The notes: generated from the letters alone by a model not told the origin. DNA of 63,579 bases, filler included, from Basidiobolus ranarum (GCA_040143965.1; 39 parts of 39 records of this genome joined end to end with filler, not necessarily neighbours in it), one strand, 5' to 3'. Numbered from the whole stretch's first letter, positions 1 to 13,856 are shown. Numbers and translations: made by a program.

Positions 1-389
1 CAAATGATTGGCCTAAAAACATTGGAATGTCTTGGTTATACATTTGATGGGGTCAGTTACAGTATAAATTGTTTATTGTTATGCATTCAGTAATTTGTAA
101 GTTACAAACTAGGGGATGAACTTACTTTTTCAGTTATCCAAAATTGTAATTTGGCAATAGTAAATTGGTTAACTTGGTATGGGCTGGTACAATATCTCCG
201 TTAAAATCATTGTGTCCAATTGTGGTGGGATAGTGCCATATTGTTCCTTATAGTGTCCAATCGAGTGTTATAGGACCCAGCCATGGTAACTGACAGATTG
301 CGCCAGATAGTGTACTAGCAGGCTGGATTGAGTGGCACAATCTGACCTGGTCCAATGGAACAAGCCTATTGATTTTATTTGTGTTAGGG
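1..389. mobile_element. Candidate terminus and subterminal region of a CACTA/CMC DNA transposon, inserted in Copia RT
   Basis: Ends ATTTGTGTTAGGG (377-389) exactly where Copia KGYAQ coding resumes; matches the end at 62235-62247 (ATTTCTGTTAGGG); GTGCCAGATTGTGCC-like subrepeats in both orientations; bases 1-63 recur inverted at about 42518-42583. Confidence 0.5.
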
Positions 390-1541
390 TTCTGAGCATA
401 GCCTTTTACTAGTACTGTTGCCTTGTACTGGTTGATAAGTCCATCTGAGTCAAGTTTCAGTTTCAGCACCTATCAATTACCAGTATCTTTTCTTCCACTA
501 GGTAAGTGCACAAGGATCCAAGTTTTATACTTGATTTGCAATTGAATTTCTTCGTTGGTGGCTTTTGTCCATTCTGTGGCTTTATCAGATTTCTCTTTTT
601 CTGTATCTGATGATTCCATGCTCTAATTCAAGACATCCAATGTCCTTGGTAGAATGGTCAGATATTTCACTTACAGGCCATTTCTGATTTCCACTTGGTA
701 GGATCTCTGAGACCAGATTGCCTGAATTATGTGATTGATTGAATACTTGTTGTGACTGATTGCATACATTACCAGCTATATTGAGAGTAGAACATTTCTG
801 AGGTATATGATAGGTCATGAAAATATTACATTGTTTTGGAGTGCAGGTTTCACAACTTGTTAACTCAGAATTTGAGTTATTGGGAAATTGATTTTCAGCC
901 AAAATCAAATTCCCTTGATTAGAAGATTTCAGGTTTTCTTTAATAAATATAATGACTCTGGAGTTGATGATTTGATTTGTGCCAGCAATTAGGAGACAAT
1001 AGCCTTTGTTCTGGTATACTGTTGGGACACATTTAATTGCTTTTTTGTCCAATTTTCTATAATGAGGTTTAGGAGTGTGAGCCTATACTATTGGTCCAAA
1101 TATTTGAGATGATTCAAATTAGGCTTTTTTCAGTCCAGATTTCAAAAGGAGTTTTAGAGTCATGGTTGCTCCATGTTGGACTTCCATTTTGGAGATATAT
1201 AGCTTTTAAAATAGCTTCACCATAATAGGTCTTAGGGAGATCTGAAGTAAGCAGCATTTTACCAGCTTTTTATACTATAGTCCTATTCATCCATGAAGCA
1301 ACTCTGTATTGTTCTACACTACATGGAATAGTAAGTTGCTGCTCAATTCACTTTCTTGATAAAAGACAGTCACAGTTTCATTGATAAAGTTAGTTCCATA
1401 TTTACTGTGTAGGTATTTGATTTTTATTCCCTCTTCCTTGATTAATATGGACTTTCGAATTATCCTCAATATTTGCCTGATTTTTAGCTACATAATACCC
1501 TAATACAGTAGTATCTGGTTCTGGCTAATTGATTCTTTGGT
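390..1541 (-). mobile_element. Degenerate Ty1/Copia pol (integrase C-terminus, linker, RT start)
   Basis: KLKLDSDGLINQYKATVLVKGYAQ and DKKAIKC..YQNKGY motifs; linker similar to 6111-6437. Confidence 0.85.
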
Positions 1542-1730
1542 NNNNNNNNNNNNNNNNNNNNNNNNNNNNNNNNNNNNNNNNNNNNTTAATTAATTAANNN
1601 NNNNNNNNNNNNNNNNNNNNNNNNNNNNNNNNNNNNNNNNNGTATATAAGAAGAACTGATATGCTGCATGAATTTTTCTTGATCGTCCTCCAAATATCCC
1701 TATTAATAAAAACATCTGCTAATTTCACAC

Positions 1731-3181
1731 TATCCCTCAACTAAATAGTCATATTAACTGATCCTAAACAAAGTCTCAATTCTCATATTGCTTTCTAGTT
1801 AATGGTTTCATTAATATATCTGCAATCATTTCTTCATTAGAGTAATAAGTTAAGCTTGACAAAGTATTTGGAAGCCTGTTGGAAGTGGCTTGGAGAATTA
1901 GAGGAATTGGTGGTTTTCACTTGTTGCTTTGTTGAGTACAAAGTTGACATTTGTACTTTTGTCATGATATAAACAAAGCCACATGTAGTTTCTGATAAGA
2001 AAGGTCCAGGAGCATGTGTGAAAGGTTTGAGGCTTCTAGCACAAGTCTGAAAGATCTATACATCTGAGAGCTTCTAAGTGGGTAACAATATTCCAAGTAA
2101 ATTCCAATTGAAAACAATGCGTAATATCTGAGTGAACTATAGGATAACTAAATATTAAGCTATATATGGCTATGTAGGTGTTTAGGCAATGCTAATTTCA
2201 GCAAAGTCACCCAACTTATTCTCTATATGCTTTACTAAAATGCTATATAGTAGCTATATGGTTAATTCTAGCATGAAACATTGAATTTCCAGCTAATTTA
2301 ATACATCTTGGATTATGTCAAAATATTGAAGTTGGTGAACTTTGAGAATAACCTGAATCTGTTTAGAGTTTTCTTAAGCATATTACTTCTTTTGTTGTCT
2401 CACAGGCAGCCATGTATTCTGCATCTATTGTTGAAAGTACAAATGCTGTTTGTTTTCTGAATTCCAAGAAATAGCTCCATCATATTAAAGAAAAAAGTAT
2501 CTTGTTGTAGATCTCCTGACTTAAATATCTCTTCTCCAATTTGCATCTTAATATCCCATTAGATCAAAGTTTGATACAGAATGTATGTATTTTAAGCACA
2601 GACCAACAGTACCTTTTGTATATCTGAAAGTTTGCTAAATTGCTATGATTTGATCAGATCCATAATTTTGAATATGTTGGCACATAACTGCCACCCAATA
2701 TACAATTTCTGGCCATGTTGAAACTATGATATACATCAAACTATCAACCATAGATTGATAATGAAATATCTGGTTTTCAAGTACTTCCAACAAAATGTGA
2801 TTTGAGCCATTTTGATTCAAGTTAATATTTGTCTTAGCTGGGATGGATACTGGCTTTCATTCTTCCATTTGAAACTTCTTGATTTTATCAAGGAAATACT
2901 TAGACTAGTTTAAAATTATTGTCTTGGTAGTTGTATCTATCCTTATTTGGACTCCCAGAGAGTATGACATTTTGTCAAGTTCAGTCTTTTTGAATTTAGC
3001 AGCTACATTTGATTTGGTTTTCTTCAAAGTCTGCAAGTTATTGGTTGCTATAATAAGGTCCTCTTCATAAAGGGCTAATAAAGCTGGGTTTTTCTTATTG
3101 GGCCTGAAGTAAAAACTTTAGTTGGCATTACTCTACTGAGATTTGAGTGTTTCCAAGAGTGTATCTATCTTGCTTGGCTAG
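1731..3181 (-). mobile_element. Degenerate Copia family A RT/RNase H with PPT
   Basis: YQSMVDSLMY, ISWN..KQ and STIDAEYMAA motifs; PPT-like TTGAGGGATAG near 1730-1740. Confidence 0.85.
1857..2203 (-). repeat. Solo LTR of Copia family A nested in family A RNase H
   Basis: Aligns end to end with the LTR at 38629-38976; flanks AAGCT/AAGTC look like a decayed 5-bp TSD. Confidence 0.8.
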
Positions 3182-4407
3182 NNNNNNNNNNNNNNNNNNN
3201 NNNNNNNNNNNNNNNNNNNNNNNNNTTAATTAATTAANNNNNNNNNNNNNNNNNNNNNNNNNNNNNNNNNNNNNNNNNNNNGGTAGCGTAATAGGTTTAG
3301 GACAATACCGAATAAAAAGACTATTAGCCTATAGTGCAATTTCACATGTAGGTTTTATGCTTTTAGGATTAGGTATAAATACTGAACAATCGGAGATAGC
3401 AGGAGTGGATACTAACAGAAAGAAAGTGTTGAGATAATATCAGGGGAAAGGGGAGCTGATTATGAAGGCTAAGACTGTCAAGAACAGGTTACTAAAAATA
3501 GTGCTATACTCCTGAAGAAACTAAATTGGGTCAGAAATGGGTGTTTTTTAGTCTCAATACAGATGAATGTTATACGAGGCTCTAGGATTTATTGAATTAC
3601 GACAGCTATCATCAGTGATACGATAGATGTTTCACTGATATACCCATGTTGTGTCTGTTGATACGTTAGTAAGATTGCTAGATGCATTCTCTCTAGCACA
3701 CCGTGGTGAAGCTAGGGCTGTATAGGCAGAATGATGTTAAAATAGTGCATGTATGTATGCAAACAGTCACATAGTTGACTTTTATAAACTATATTTAAGT
3801 CTAGCTGTGTACTGTACCATAGAACCTCATCAGAAGCTGCTGATTTTTGTTATCCCACCAATCCCTAGGTATAAGCACCAATTTATATCACTAGGGAGAC
3901 CAGATATATAATTGTTGACCAAAATATAGTTCTATGTAATTTCCCCGAGTCACTGATAGAAATACCACTGTTACCATCCTTCGACGAATATTGCTCAAAT
4001 TTGACGTCTTGTATCAAAAGGTTCCATGTACCTGACGTTTATTGTTTGTGTATTCATCTTTATACCAGATATAGAGATGTAAAATGTGTATATGTTAATG
4101 GAAACTGGTGTACTAAGTAAACCAGTAGATCTGTACATTAGAGGCGAGAGAGTAAAAGATATGCTAAAAAATAGTCTTTGAAAGGTAATGGTATGTTTCT
4201 AGTTAAACAAACTCTAGGCAAATGAACCTTTTTTCCCGATAAATGGACAAGAATTCACGAAAAGATGTATTGTGTAGTGGAAGTGACAGTAATAAGCTTA
4301 TACAAGATAGCCACTCGAGCTGAAGTTTTGGAAGCACACCATCGATGCTTTTTAAGAGACTAACCAAGCAGTTAAATAGCAAGGCTTTAGCCAATAACCC
4401 AGTTAAC

Positions 4408-4790
4408 TTACTTTCCAGCGTCGTTACACATCCGAACCAACTCAATAAGTCCTCTATTCCAAGTATTCTTCAAACGATCTTGTAGCTTATCCATAATGGT
4501 TGGTGGCTTCCGCAGTCCAAAATTTCGTAAATGAGTTTTCTTCAGAAAATCCTATAAATAAAAGGATCGAATAAGAAAGCAGAAACATACCAAATACAAG
4601 GAACAAAGAAATTTACATCATCACGAACAAGAAGAGGGACTGCAAGCTCAAGCTTGCGTCTCAGAGAAATGAAGTCCTTTCTAAGTCCAACCGCCTCGTC
4701 CTCTAACTCTTTAAGCAAAGCATATTGGTAGGTCATACATCCAATGACGCCCCCAGTAAACCCATAAGCAAAGTTTGAGGGTTGCGACAT
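4408..4790 (-). CDS. Small spliced gene, probable MICOS subunit Mic12/Aim5-like (exons 4790-4617 and 4551-4408; a third exon is possible)
   Basis: 65-bp GT..TAG intron joins MSQPSNFAYGFTGGVIG.. in frame to ..MDKLQDRLKNTWNRGL; N-terminal GFxGG helix plus KxxWN motif; CpG intact. Confidence 0.5.
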
Positions 4791-4921
4791 GGATATGGGG
4801 GTCCAAGAAGCGTAGCTAAACNNNNNNNNNNNNNNNNNNNNNNNNNNNNNNNNNNNNNNNNNNNNTTAATTAATTAANNNNNNNNNNNNNNNNNNNNNNN
4901 NNNNNNNNNNNNNNNNNNNNN

Positions 4922-6460
4922 AGCTTCTTGAACAGCCATAGAGCTTGCCATATATTCTGCTTCTGCAGTTGATAATGCAACAGTTTGTTGTTTCTTGCTA
5001 ATCCAGCTTATTGGCCCACCTGCTAGCTTAAACACATATCCAGTTCTGGATTTATGGTCTTCTGTAATGTTAGCACAGTCTGCATCAGCATATCCTTCCA
5101 AAATAAGGGACATTTTGTACTTCTTACTAAATTGTATTCCATGATGTATTGTTCCTTTCAGATAGCATATTATCTGTTTCACTGCTATCCAATGTTCCAT
5201 TGCAGGATTTTCCATATACTTGCTTACTATGCTTACTGCTGTAGCAATATTAGGCCTAGTACCAGTTGTAGCATATATGAGACTTCCAACTGCACTACAG
5301 TAAAGAATATGTTTTATGATTTCAATATCTTCAGAGGTCTTTGGTTTTGTATCCTTAGTGAGTTTCAGCATACATAGTGGATTTGAAGCTGTTTTATATT
5401 CTGACTTATTGAATCTGTTTAAAACATCTCCAATAAATTTTAGTTGTGTAATACAGAGTGTTCCAATAGTGGAATTTTGATGTATCTGCATTCCAAGACA
5501 ATATGCCGGTGTTCCAAGATCTTGCATTTCAAACTTGGTAGATAGCCAGGTCTTAGTTTGTTTCATCAGATTTGAGCAATTACTAACCATTATGATATCA
5601 TCAACAGAGGGCAATTATCACTTTGGTGGCTTTGATAGACTTGAAGTATATGCATTGATCAGCTTTGCTAAGATGGAAAAGATGATTCATGAAGATCTGA
5701 TTGATTTGGTATTCCATGCTCCAGGAGCCTGTTTCAGACCATACAGACTCCTCTGTAGCTTGCATACTTGATATTCTTTTCCTTTTGCAATATATCCCTC
5801 TGGTCAATCCATGTATATATTTGCTTCAATTTCTCCATTAAGAATTGCTGTCTCAATATCCATTTGTTCAGTCAGCATTCCTTGGTGTGTAGCAATGGCA
5901 AGGATTACTCTAATTGAGGTAAATGTAACAACGGGAGAAAATGTTTCATCATAGTCAATGCCATGTTTCTGAGCATAGCCTTTTACTACTAATCTTGCTT
6001 TGTACAGGTTGATAGATCCATATTAGTTAAGTTTCAGTTTCAGCACCCATTTATTACCAATAGTTTTCTTCCAGTTGGTAAGTCCACAAGGGTACATGTG
6101 TTATTCTTGATTAGGGAGTAAATTTCATCCTCAGTGCTTTTCTCCATTCTGTCACTTCATCAGATTTCAGAGCTTGTGTCAAATTTTCTGGTTCAGAAAA
6201 TGCTATATGTGCAGATATATTCCACCTTTTTTCTGTATTGAAACTGTTAATTTCATGCTCTGATTTGAGACATCCAAAGTCCTTGGTAGAATGGTCGGAT
6301 GTTTCACTTACAGGATGTTTCTGATTTCCACTTGTTAGGATTTCTGAGACCTGATTGCCTGAAGGTTGTGATTGATTGAATGCTTGCTGTGATTGATTGT
6401 ATACTTCCAATAATTGATTGCATCCAATATCAGACAAATTGAGAGTAGTATATCTCTTAG
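4922..6460 (-). mobile_element. Degenerate Copia RT/RNase H
   Basis: VDDII, SAVGSLIYA..TRP, GYADAD and ISWISKKQQTVALSTAEAEYMA motifs; frameshifts. Confidence 0.93.
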
Positions 6461-7027
6461 NNNNNNNNNNNNNNNNNNNNNNNNNNNNNNNNNNNNNNNN
6501 NNNNTTAATTAATTAANNNNNNNNNNNNNNNNNNNNNNNNNNNNNNNNNNNNNNNNNNNNAAATTAATTGGTAGATTATTAAATGCACTTTGGTTTCGAA
6601 AATTTTATGAGGTTTGGAGTGTTCACATAATTGGTCTAAATTCTAATTGGACTGACGCAGCCCATTCTAGAATAGTACCGAAACCTGACCCTCATATAAC
6701 TGCGGCAATATGATGAGTCGACAATATAGTGCTTTAATCTAAAATGAGTTGACAATATGACTGGTGAATTGATGGTCGATTATGTATATATAGTGAGGAT
6801 ATCCTTCTTGCTTTCCTCCTGTAGCTCCTACTTTACTCCGATCTCACAACGACGAAGCAACCCCAAAGCTACGGGAAACGACGTGAAGTTCAACACAAGA
6901 AGAATTCCAAACCCACTCCAGTAACATCCGCCAGCAACAATATACGCCCGTAGTAAGCAAACAAATCAATCTCCCCTGAATAAACCCAACTCAATCCGAC
7001 CTCACCTCACCCGAAAGACTAGCAAAC

Positions 7028-7455
7028 ATGGTAAGTCAAGCACTATTTTCAGATTGATATACAAATAGAGAAGTCGTGGATAAGCCTGTTGTGAGTGATA
7101 CAATATGATGTGAAATGGCTTATAATAATATATCAAGCAAAGCAGTGATGCATTGAATGAAAGACACTAATATTTGCACTTTATTTCGGTACGACGAAAA
7201 TTCTAGTTGACTCTTGATATCTTGAATCCCAGTGTTGAAACCCAGAAGCTCACACACAAGCTCAAGCAATTAGTTGCCGCACCAAACTCGTACTATATGG
7301 ATGTGAAGTGTGCAGGGTGTGTGAACATCAGTACAGTGTTCAGTCACTCCGATACAGTGGTATCATGCAATCGATGCGATACAATTCTGTGTCAACCCAC
7401 TGGTGGCTTAGCAAGACTTACCGAGGGTTGTTCCTTCCGCAAGAAGAAGTTTTAA
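7028..7455 (+). CDS. RPS27: 40S ribosomal protein eS27, divergent (ATG exon 7028-7030, intron 7031-7206, exon 7207-7455)
   Basis: [58 protein letters not shown] donor, CTAAT branch site, TAG acceptor. Confidence 0.95.
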
Positions 7456-8360
7456 TGGTACTTTTATGTTAATTTAAAGCATAGAAGTACTACGAAGATA
7501 GGTTATTTAATTTCAAGGTGTATGAAATTGCACACATTAGTATAGTGGAGTCGATTTACCAGAAGTATTTACTGTATAGTGTTCAATATATAGTTAGCTT
7601 CTGATGTAAGCTATCAGACTGCTTTTTGTAGTCTGTACAAAATAAACTTCTGGACTTGATGTTGAAACTATTGAATCTTAAAATGGTCATTTTGCATACG
7701 CTATACTTTTATCCTTGGTTTCTGCCAATTACTATAGCCCTTGTGATGTGAGAAATAATCGCAATATATAGGTGCTTAGAATGCAACACAGCTGATCAAA
7801 GGTTTCCAATGTATAATTTGTCAGGGAGTAATACAATTATAATTACTTAATAGTACATTTGCATGTAGGAGTATCACTGATTACTACCACGATAGCTCTA
7901 GATGTAGTATCTCTGAGAGCATTTTGGTATTTAAAGATGATACTATATTGTAATTATGTCTTTCTATCCCACTCTTTACTCATAATACCCAATATCGCCC
8001 ACTTCGGAATATTTCAATATAATAAAACGCAGATCTAAAAATGGAATACGTACCCCCATCTGCAAATGAAATACATTATGGTATACTCACATCATCAAGN
8101 NNNNNNNNNNNNNNNNNNNNNNNNNNNNNNNNNNNNNNNNNNNTTAATTAATTAANNNNNNNNNNNNNNNNNNNNNNNNNNNNNNNNNNNNNNNNNNNNA
8201 TAGATAAGTGGGGGTAATAAGACATACTTGTTATATAGATATAGAGATATTCCTATTTAGAATATAGGGGCTATAGATATGTTGCTTTCTGTTTCTGATA
8301 TATGTATCATTACAAAAGTTAACTGTGATGTTGAATAAAGATTAATTATCTAGCAAAATC

Positions 8361-9738
8361 ATGCTGGAAGGCAGGGAGTTTTGGGATGTAGTGTCTGAAG
8401 ATGAAAAGGAACCTACTGACCCTTCTTTATTGGAAGCTTACAAGAAAAGAGGCCAGAAGGCTTTTAATGTCATTTGTCAAAGTTTGAAGGATTCACAACT
8501 TGTGAATATTCAATATGCAAAGACTTCCTGTCAAGCTTGGACTATATTGGAAGAGTGTTATGAAGCAAAGTGTCTTGCTAATAAGCTCTTTCTCAGACAA
8601 AAATTCCTCAATATACAGATGGAAAAGTCTGAAAGTTACTCATATTACAAATGTGAGATCTTTGGCAAAACAACTGGAAAATATTGGTGCAACTTTACAG
8701 GAAGAAGACATTATTATGACTCTTCTAAGTAGTCTACCAGAACAGTATTCACACTTGGTCACAGCTTTGGAAGCAAGATCTGACAAGTTGTCTTTGGAGT
8801 CTGTGATAGCCAGGCTAATGGATCAACATATACAAAGTAAGAATTTGGAAAAAGAATCTCAGGAAGTGGCTCTTTTTGAAGTTGCAAAATGTAGCTTTGG
8901 CAGGTACAAACTTTACAAAATAAGGAAATCAGATCTATACTATGGTTGTAACAAACCAGGACACCAGATAAAAGATTGCAAATCAAGAAGTTACAACCAA
9001 AATCAGAAGTCAGAGCAAGCATATCAGGCTTCAACCAAAGAGGAAGTTTTACTCTTTTCTGCCCTATCAGTGACCTCTGAACAAGACTGTATGCTGTGGT
9101 ATATTGACTCTGGAGCCTCTCAACATTTCTCTGATCAAAAAAACTGACTTAAGACACTCAAAACTGACATAAACAAGAAGATATATATGGGAGATGACAG
9201 GTCACTAGAAGCTCTGGGAGTGGGAGAAATTAAAGTGGATCTTGGCGGCATCTCTGGGGACATGTATTTGACACTGAAAACTGTGCTATATATGCCTGGG
9301 ATAGTAAAAAATCCGTTATCAGTGAGCAAAGCTACATCTGAGAGATATAGCTTTAATTTTGATCAAAATGGCTATACAGCCAGGGATCAAAAAGAGAATT
9401 ATGTAGCTTCTGGAGCTAAGCTAAATAACTTTTATACACTGCATTATATTAGGCCAATATATGAACAAGTTAGTACTGCAACAGCTGAAGTGATAGACTG
9501 GAAAATCTGGCATAGGAGATTGGGTTATCTAGCAGCTGAAAATATGAGAAATTTAATCAAAAACAAGATGGTTTTGGGACTAAATTTTGTAATTCCACCA
9601 GATTTGGAGCTATGTGAAGGTTGCTTATATGGTAGGCAACACAGACAGCCATTTGTGGGCTCTGGAATGAGCAAAATTGATCAAAAATTGGGCCGGATAC
9701 ACTCAGATCTGTGTGGCCCAATGCAGACAAAATCCTTA
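8361..9738 (+). mobile_element. Copia family B gag-protease-integrase (frameshifted)
   Basis: UBN2-type gag, zinc knuckle YGCNKPGHQIKDC, WYIDSGASQH, WHRRLG, CEGC, IHSDLCGP. Confidence 0.95.
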
Positions 9739-9838
9739 NNNNNNNNNNNNNNNNNNNNNNNNNNNNNNNNNNNNNNNNNNNNTTAATTAATTAANNNNNN
9801 NNNNNNNNNNNNNNNNNNNNNNNNNNNNNNNNNNNNNN

Positions 9839-10260
9839 TGGTAAAAGTGTAAGAAAACCAATAAACACCTGGTTGCTAACATTGGATTGAACTCTCCACT
9901 CCTCAATAATCAAAGCTGCTTCCTTTACTATAAGTATTATGAGTGGACTAATGTTTGCTGATAACAAAGAGTCCATAACAAAACTGTCATCTTCTTCTTC
10001 AACTTCTGATATACTACCATCAGTACAGGAATAACCAAGGTCAACATCTAGCAGCAAGTCCTCAAAGTTGTCTGGACTTACTGGTTTGAACAAAGTTGCA
10101 TTTTGACCTACATCATTCTGGTCATATAGCTGTGATAACTCCATGGTATCTTGACTTTTGGCAGTGTTACCAAAACTTTGAGGCAAACTACAGTGAGTGG
10201 ACTCAATAGGCAAAACTAAAGTCAATTTAGTGCACTTATTACTGTTGTTATATACCAGGC
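9839..10260 (-). mobile_element. N-terminal region of CACTA/En-Spm transposase
   Basis: Homologous to 34364-34690, 27390-27733 and 62250-62540, which run into the Tnp2-type core. Confidence 0.75.
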
Positions 10261-10292
10261 TTTGTGGAGCTGGTGGCTTTGTACAGTGACCA

Positions 10293-10790
10293 TTGTAGTA
10301 TTGCATTTTATGCAAACATTTTATTGCAAAAGTTGTCCATAAATCTGCTTTTATTAGCTAAAGAAAGAAACTTGCAGAAAAAGAGCAAAGCAGAAGAAAC
10401 AAAAATTTCAATCATCAACAGCAGCATTGATACTATCCAAACATGCACAAAACCACAAGATTCAAACTCAGTTAAGCCATGGCTTTTCAATGAATCAAGA
10501 ATCACTCTGATTGGACCATTATTGGGCAAGTTAGAGTCAAGTCTAGAACAAGGAATATCTCTGACCTAAGCATGAAGAAAAACAGCTAAGCCACTTTTTT
10601 AAGCAAAATTGTTATTTAGCAGCTTATATTGTCAATATCTTGGGATCCAGCCAATGAGAAGTACTGAAAATATGCACATGCATCAATCATCATACTCTGC
10701 TGATGTGTACCAAATATCTAAGCCACAGCTGATGTAATTGCAATTTTATCACTGATTCTTTATTTTCTAAGCCACCTTTAACTAGTTAAT
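10293..10790 (+). repeat. About 500-bp repeat associated with the CACTA transposase (second copy about 35270-35768)
   Basis: Near-identical sequence in two contigs, both next to transposase fragments but in opposite relative orientation. Confidence 0.85.
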
Positions 10791-11476
10791 ATAGTCTATA
10801 TGCTGGAAAGTGATTAAGCTTTCATATATATTCCTGATCTTCCTTTTTGGCTCAAAAGAACTTCTTCCCAACAAGTTTCCCAACACTCTCCACTTGCACT
10901 TTTCCCTTTAACTATTCCTTTCCTTTAATACAAACATATTCTTCTTGTCAGAACAGAAAGATAATAAATTCTCTTATTGCAACTTTATGATTGTTTTTGA
11001 AACTGTTCAAGTATTGCAATATTGAATCTCTTAGAACTCTCTTTTTTTCCACACTGAGAATATATTTCTTTTGTCAAAATCCTTCAATATAGTCTTAAAG
11101 AAGTGATTCTTTTCTTCTTTAAGTTCAAAGCATCAACTTGAAGAGAGCACAAAGATAGCTAAGATTATCATAAGGATTATTTTCAAAACACTCTTTTCCC
11201 ATCCATCCATCCATCTCTTTAGTCTAAAGGCACACTTTAAAGTTGTCTTTAACAGTTTCTTTCAGTGAAGAGTATATCTTCTAGCAATATCTGTAAGCTT
11301 ACAGTAAATATAAATTCAGCTTAGCTGAAGATTTGTAGTGGAATATTAGTCTTTTCATTTGAAAGATTGATAACACNNNNNNNNNNNNNNNNNNNNNNNN
11401 NNNNNNNNNNNNNNNNNNNNTTAATTAATTAANNNNNNNNNNNNNNNNNNNNNNNNNNNNNNNNNNNNNNNNNNNN

Positions 11477-13014
11477 AGTTTTCTTAACCATATTGCTTCT
11501 TTTGTTGCTTCACAGGCAGCCATGTATTCAGCTTCTGTTGTTGAAAGTGCTATGGTAGGTTGTTTCTTTGAATTCCAAGAAATAGCTCCATTACAGCAAA
11601 GAAACAAGTATCCAGTTGTAGATCTCCTGTCTTCAATATCTCTTCCCCAATTTGCATCAATAGATTGATAAGGAAATTTCTGGCTTTTATTTGAATCCAA
11701 CAACATCTGATTTGAGCCATTTTTGGTCAAGTTAAGATTTGTCTCCATGGGGATAGATACTGGATTACATTCTTCCATTTTAAACTTCTTTAGTGTATCT
11801 AGGATATACTTAGACTGGTTTAAAGTTATTGTTTTGGTAGTTCTATCTATCCTAATTTGGATTCCAAGATAGTACATCAGTTCACCTAGATCAGTCATTT
11901 TGAATTTGGCAGATAAGCTGGATTTGGTTTTCTCCAAAGTCTTCAAGTCATTGGTTGCTATAATAAGATCATCTACATATAAGGCTAATAAAACTGGGTT
12001 TGTCTTATCTGGCCTGAAGTAGATACTATAGTCAGCATTACTCTTTTGGAATTTGAGTGTTTCTAAAAAAGCATCTATCTTGCTATTCCAAGCTCTTGGA
12101 GATTGTTTTAAGCCATAGAGTGTTTTCTGGAGTCTGCAAACTTTTTTAGGGTTTTCTGGGTCCACAAATCCATCTGGCTGGTCCATATAGATCTCCTCAG
12201 CAAGCTCACCATTCAAAAAAGCTGCTTTAACATCCATTTGATGTATAATAAACTGATATTTAGCTGAAATTGCTAAAATCAATCTAATTGAATTAAACTT
12301 TGCTACAGGAGCAAAAGTTTCTGTGTAATCTATTCCTGATGTTTGGGAATAGCCTTTGGCTACTTGTCTAGTCTTGTACCTTTCTATATTGCCATCAGAG
12401 TTGCATTTAACTTTAAACACTCATTGGCAGCCAATTGATTTTTGATCATCAGGTAAGTTGGTTAAAATCCAAGTTTGATTATCAATCAAAGCCTGGTACT
12501 CATCAGCCATTGCAGATCTCCAAAATTTCGTGTGAGGGCCATTCAGGGCCTCTTTTACAGTCTGGGGTTCATGTATTTGAGCTGTGCAGGCATAGGCCCA
12601 ATTTTGGGACTCATTGATATAGTAATCAGGGCTATTTCTAATCCAACTTGATCTCCTGGTTTGGGATAAAGGTACGACAACTTCTAGCATTGTATTGGGC
12701 ACTTCAGTAGGCAAATTTTAGTTGAAAGGTCCACAGGTATGCTATTTTCTTCAATGTTTTGGTTTGAATCAATTTGAATGATTGGATCAGGAGAAAATTG
12801 ATTTTCGTCATCATCTGAGGTCATTTTGGGTGAAAATTTTTCATTTTCATTAAACAAAACATCCCTGGACTTGATTAACTTGGAAATTTCGGTATCATAG
12901 AGTCTGTAGGCCTTAGTTTGAGTACAATAACCCAGAAATATGCATTTCTTACTTTTTGGATCAAATTTAGACCGATTTTTGGTCATAATTTTGACATAAG
13001 CAATGCATCTGAAG
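11477..13014 (-). mobile_element. Copia family A integrase C-terminus to RT/RNase H, with an in-frame internal deletion
   Basis: SKFDPKSKKCIFLGY, QMDVKAAFLNG, LYGLKQSPRAW, LYVDD; FPYQSI joined directly to DANWG. Confidence 0.96.
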
Positions 13015-13787
13015 NNNNNNNNNNNNNNNNNNNNNNNNNNNNNNNNNNNNNNNNNNNNTTAATTAATTAANNNNNNNNNNNNNNNNNNNNNNNNNNNNNN
13101 NNNNNNNNNNNNNNTGATTGGGCTTTGCGAACTGCCGGTTTTACAAGCTGGAGATGGGTAAATATGGAACTCGACGAATATTCTGGAGAGGACCCAGCTT
13201 ACTGGCAAGATTTCCTGATTAATTGCCCTATCATAGCCCTGGAAGCAATAAAATAAACCACTCATTCGCCCATAATAACGGGATTTTGCCTCATTTGTCG
13301 ATTTTGAAACTTTATTGTTACCCACGAATTCAATGTAGCCGCATGAGATGAGCGTCTATATACTTGCTACCATTCAGATATAAATAAATGAAAATCCATG
13401 TAAAGAAAGTTACACAGGACTCCCCTTATGGTGCACCTGACTCTCCTAATATAGTGCACTTAAGTAAGCAAGTTGCATTCTTAAGGCTAGTCTGGGAGAT
13501 GAGTCACTTCCTTGGTTAAGCTTTATTTTAAGAACGCACTCCAATCGGAGAATGAATCGAAATGAAAATAGCCGGTTGGATTGTTACATCTATATTATGA
13601 TGTTGAGGATGTCATTATTGCATATATATCACGATCTGAGAATGCCGATATTTCGCTTCAGTATATGTGAATCCTAAGCTGAGTGAAAACTGGGTGAAGG
13701 CTGATTCTAATTCAGGACTTCTTTCCAGCCGTCGTTTATGTGGGGGAGTCTCGTGTATGATACCACGCAGTGAATTCGTATATAATG

Positions 13788-13856
13788 GCATAATTCTGAG
13801 TAATAGAAAAGCATAATTCTAAGTAATAGAAAAGCATAATTCTAAGCAATGGAAAG
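13788..13856 (+). repeat. 23-bp tandem repeat x3 (GCATAATTCTRAGTAATAGAAAA)
   Basis: Read directly from the sequence. Confidence 0.9.

Noticed and set aside
1586-1597. TTAATTAATTAA recurring about every 1.63 kb, resembling a regularly spaced array
   Set aside because: Always centred in N runs between length-sorted contigs; an artificial all-frame-stop linker
10264-10569. 101-aa ORF in the 500-bp repeat as a real gene
   Set aside because: No ATG start, the second copy has stops, and no recognisable domain
13788-13856. 23-bp direct repeats (and 20-bp repeats at 29547-29620) as a possible CRISPR array
   Set aside because: Head-to-tail minisatellites without spacers in a eukaryotic context, with no cas genes
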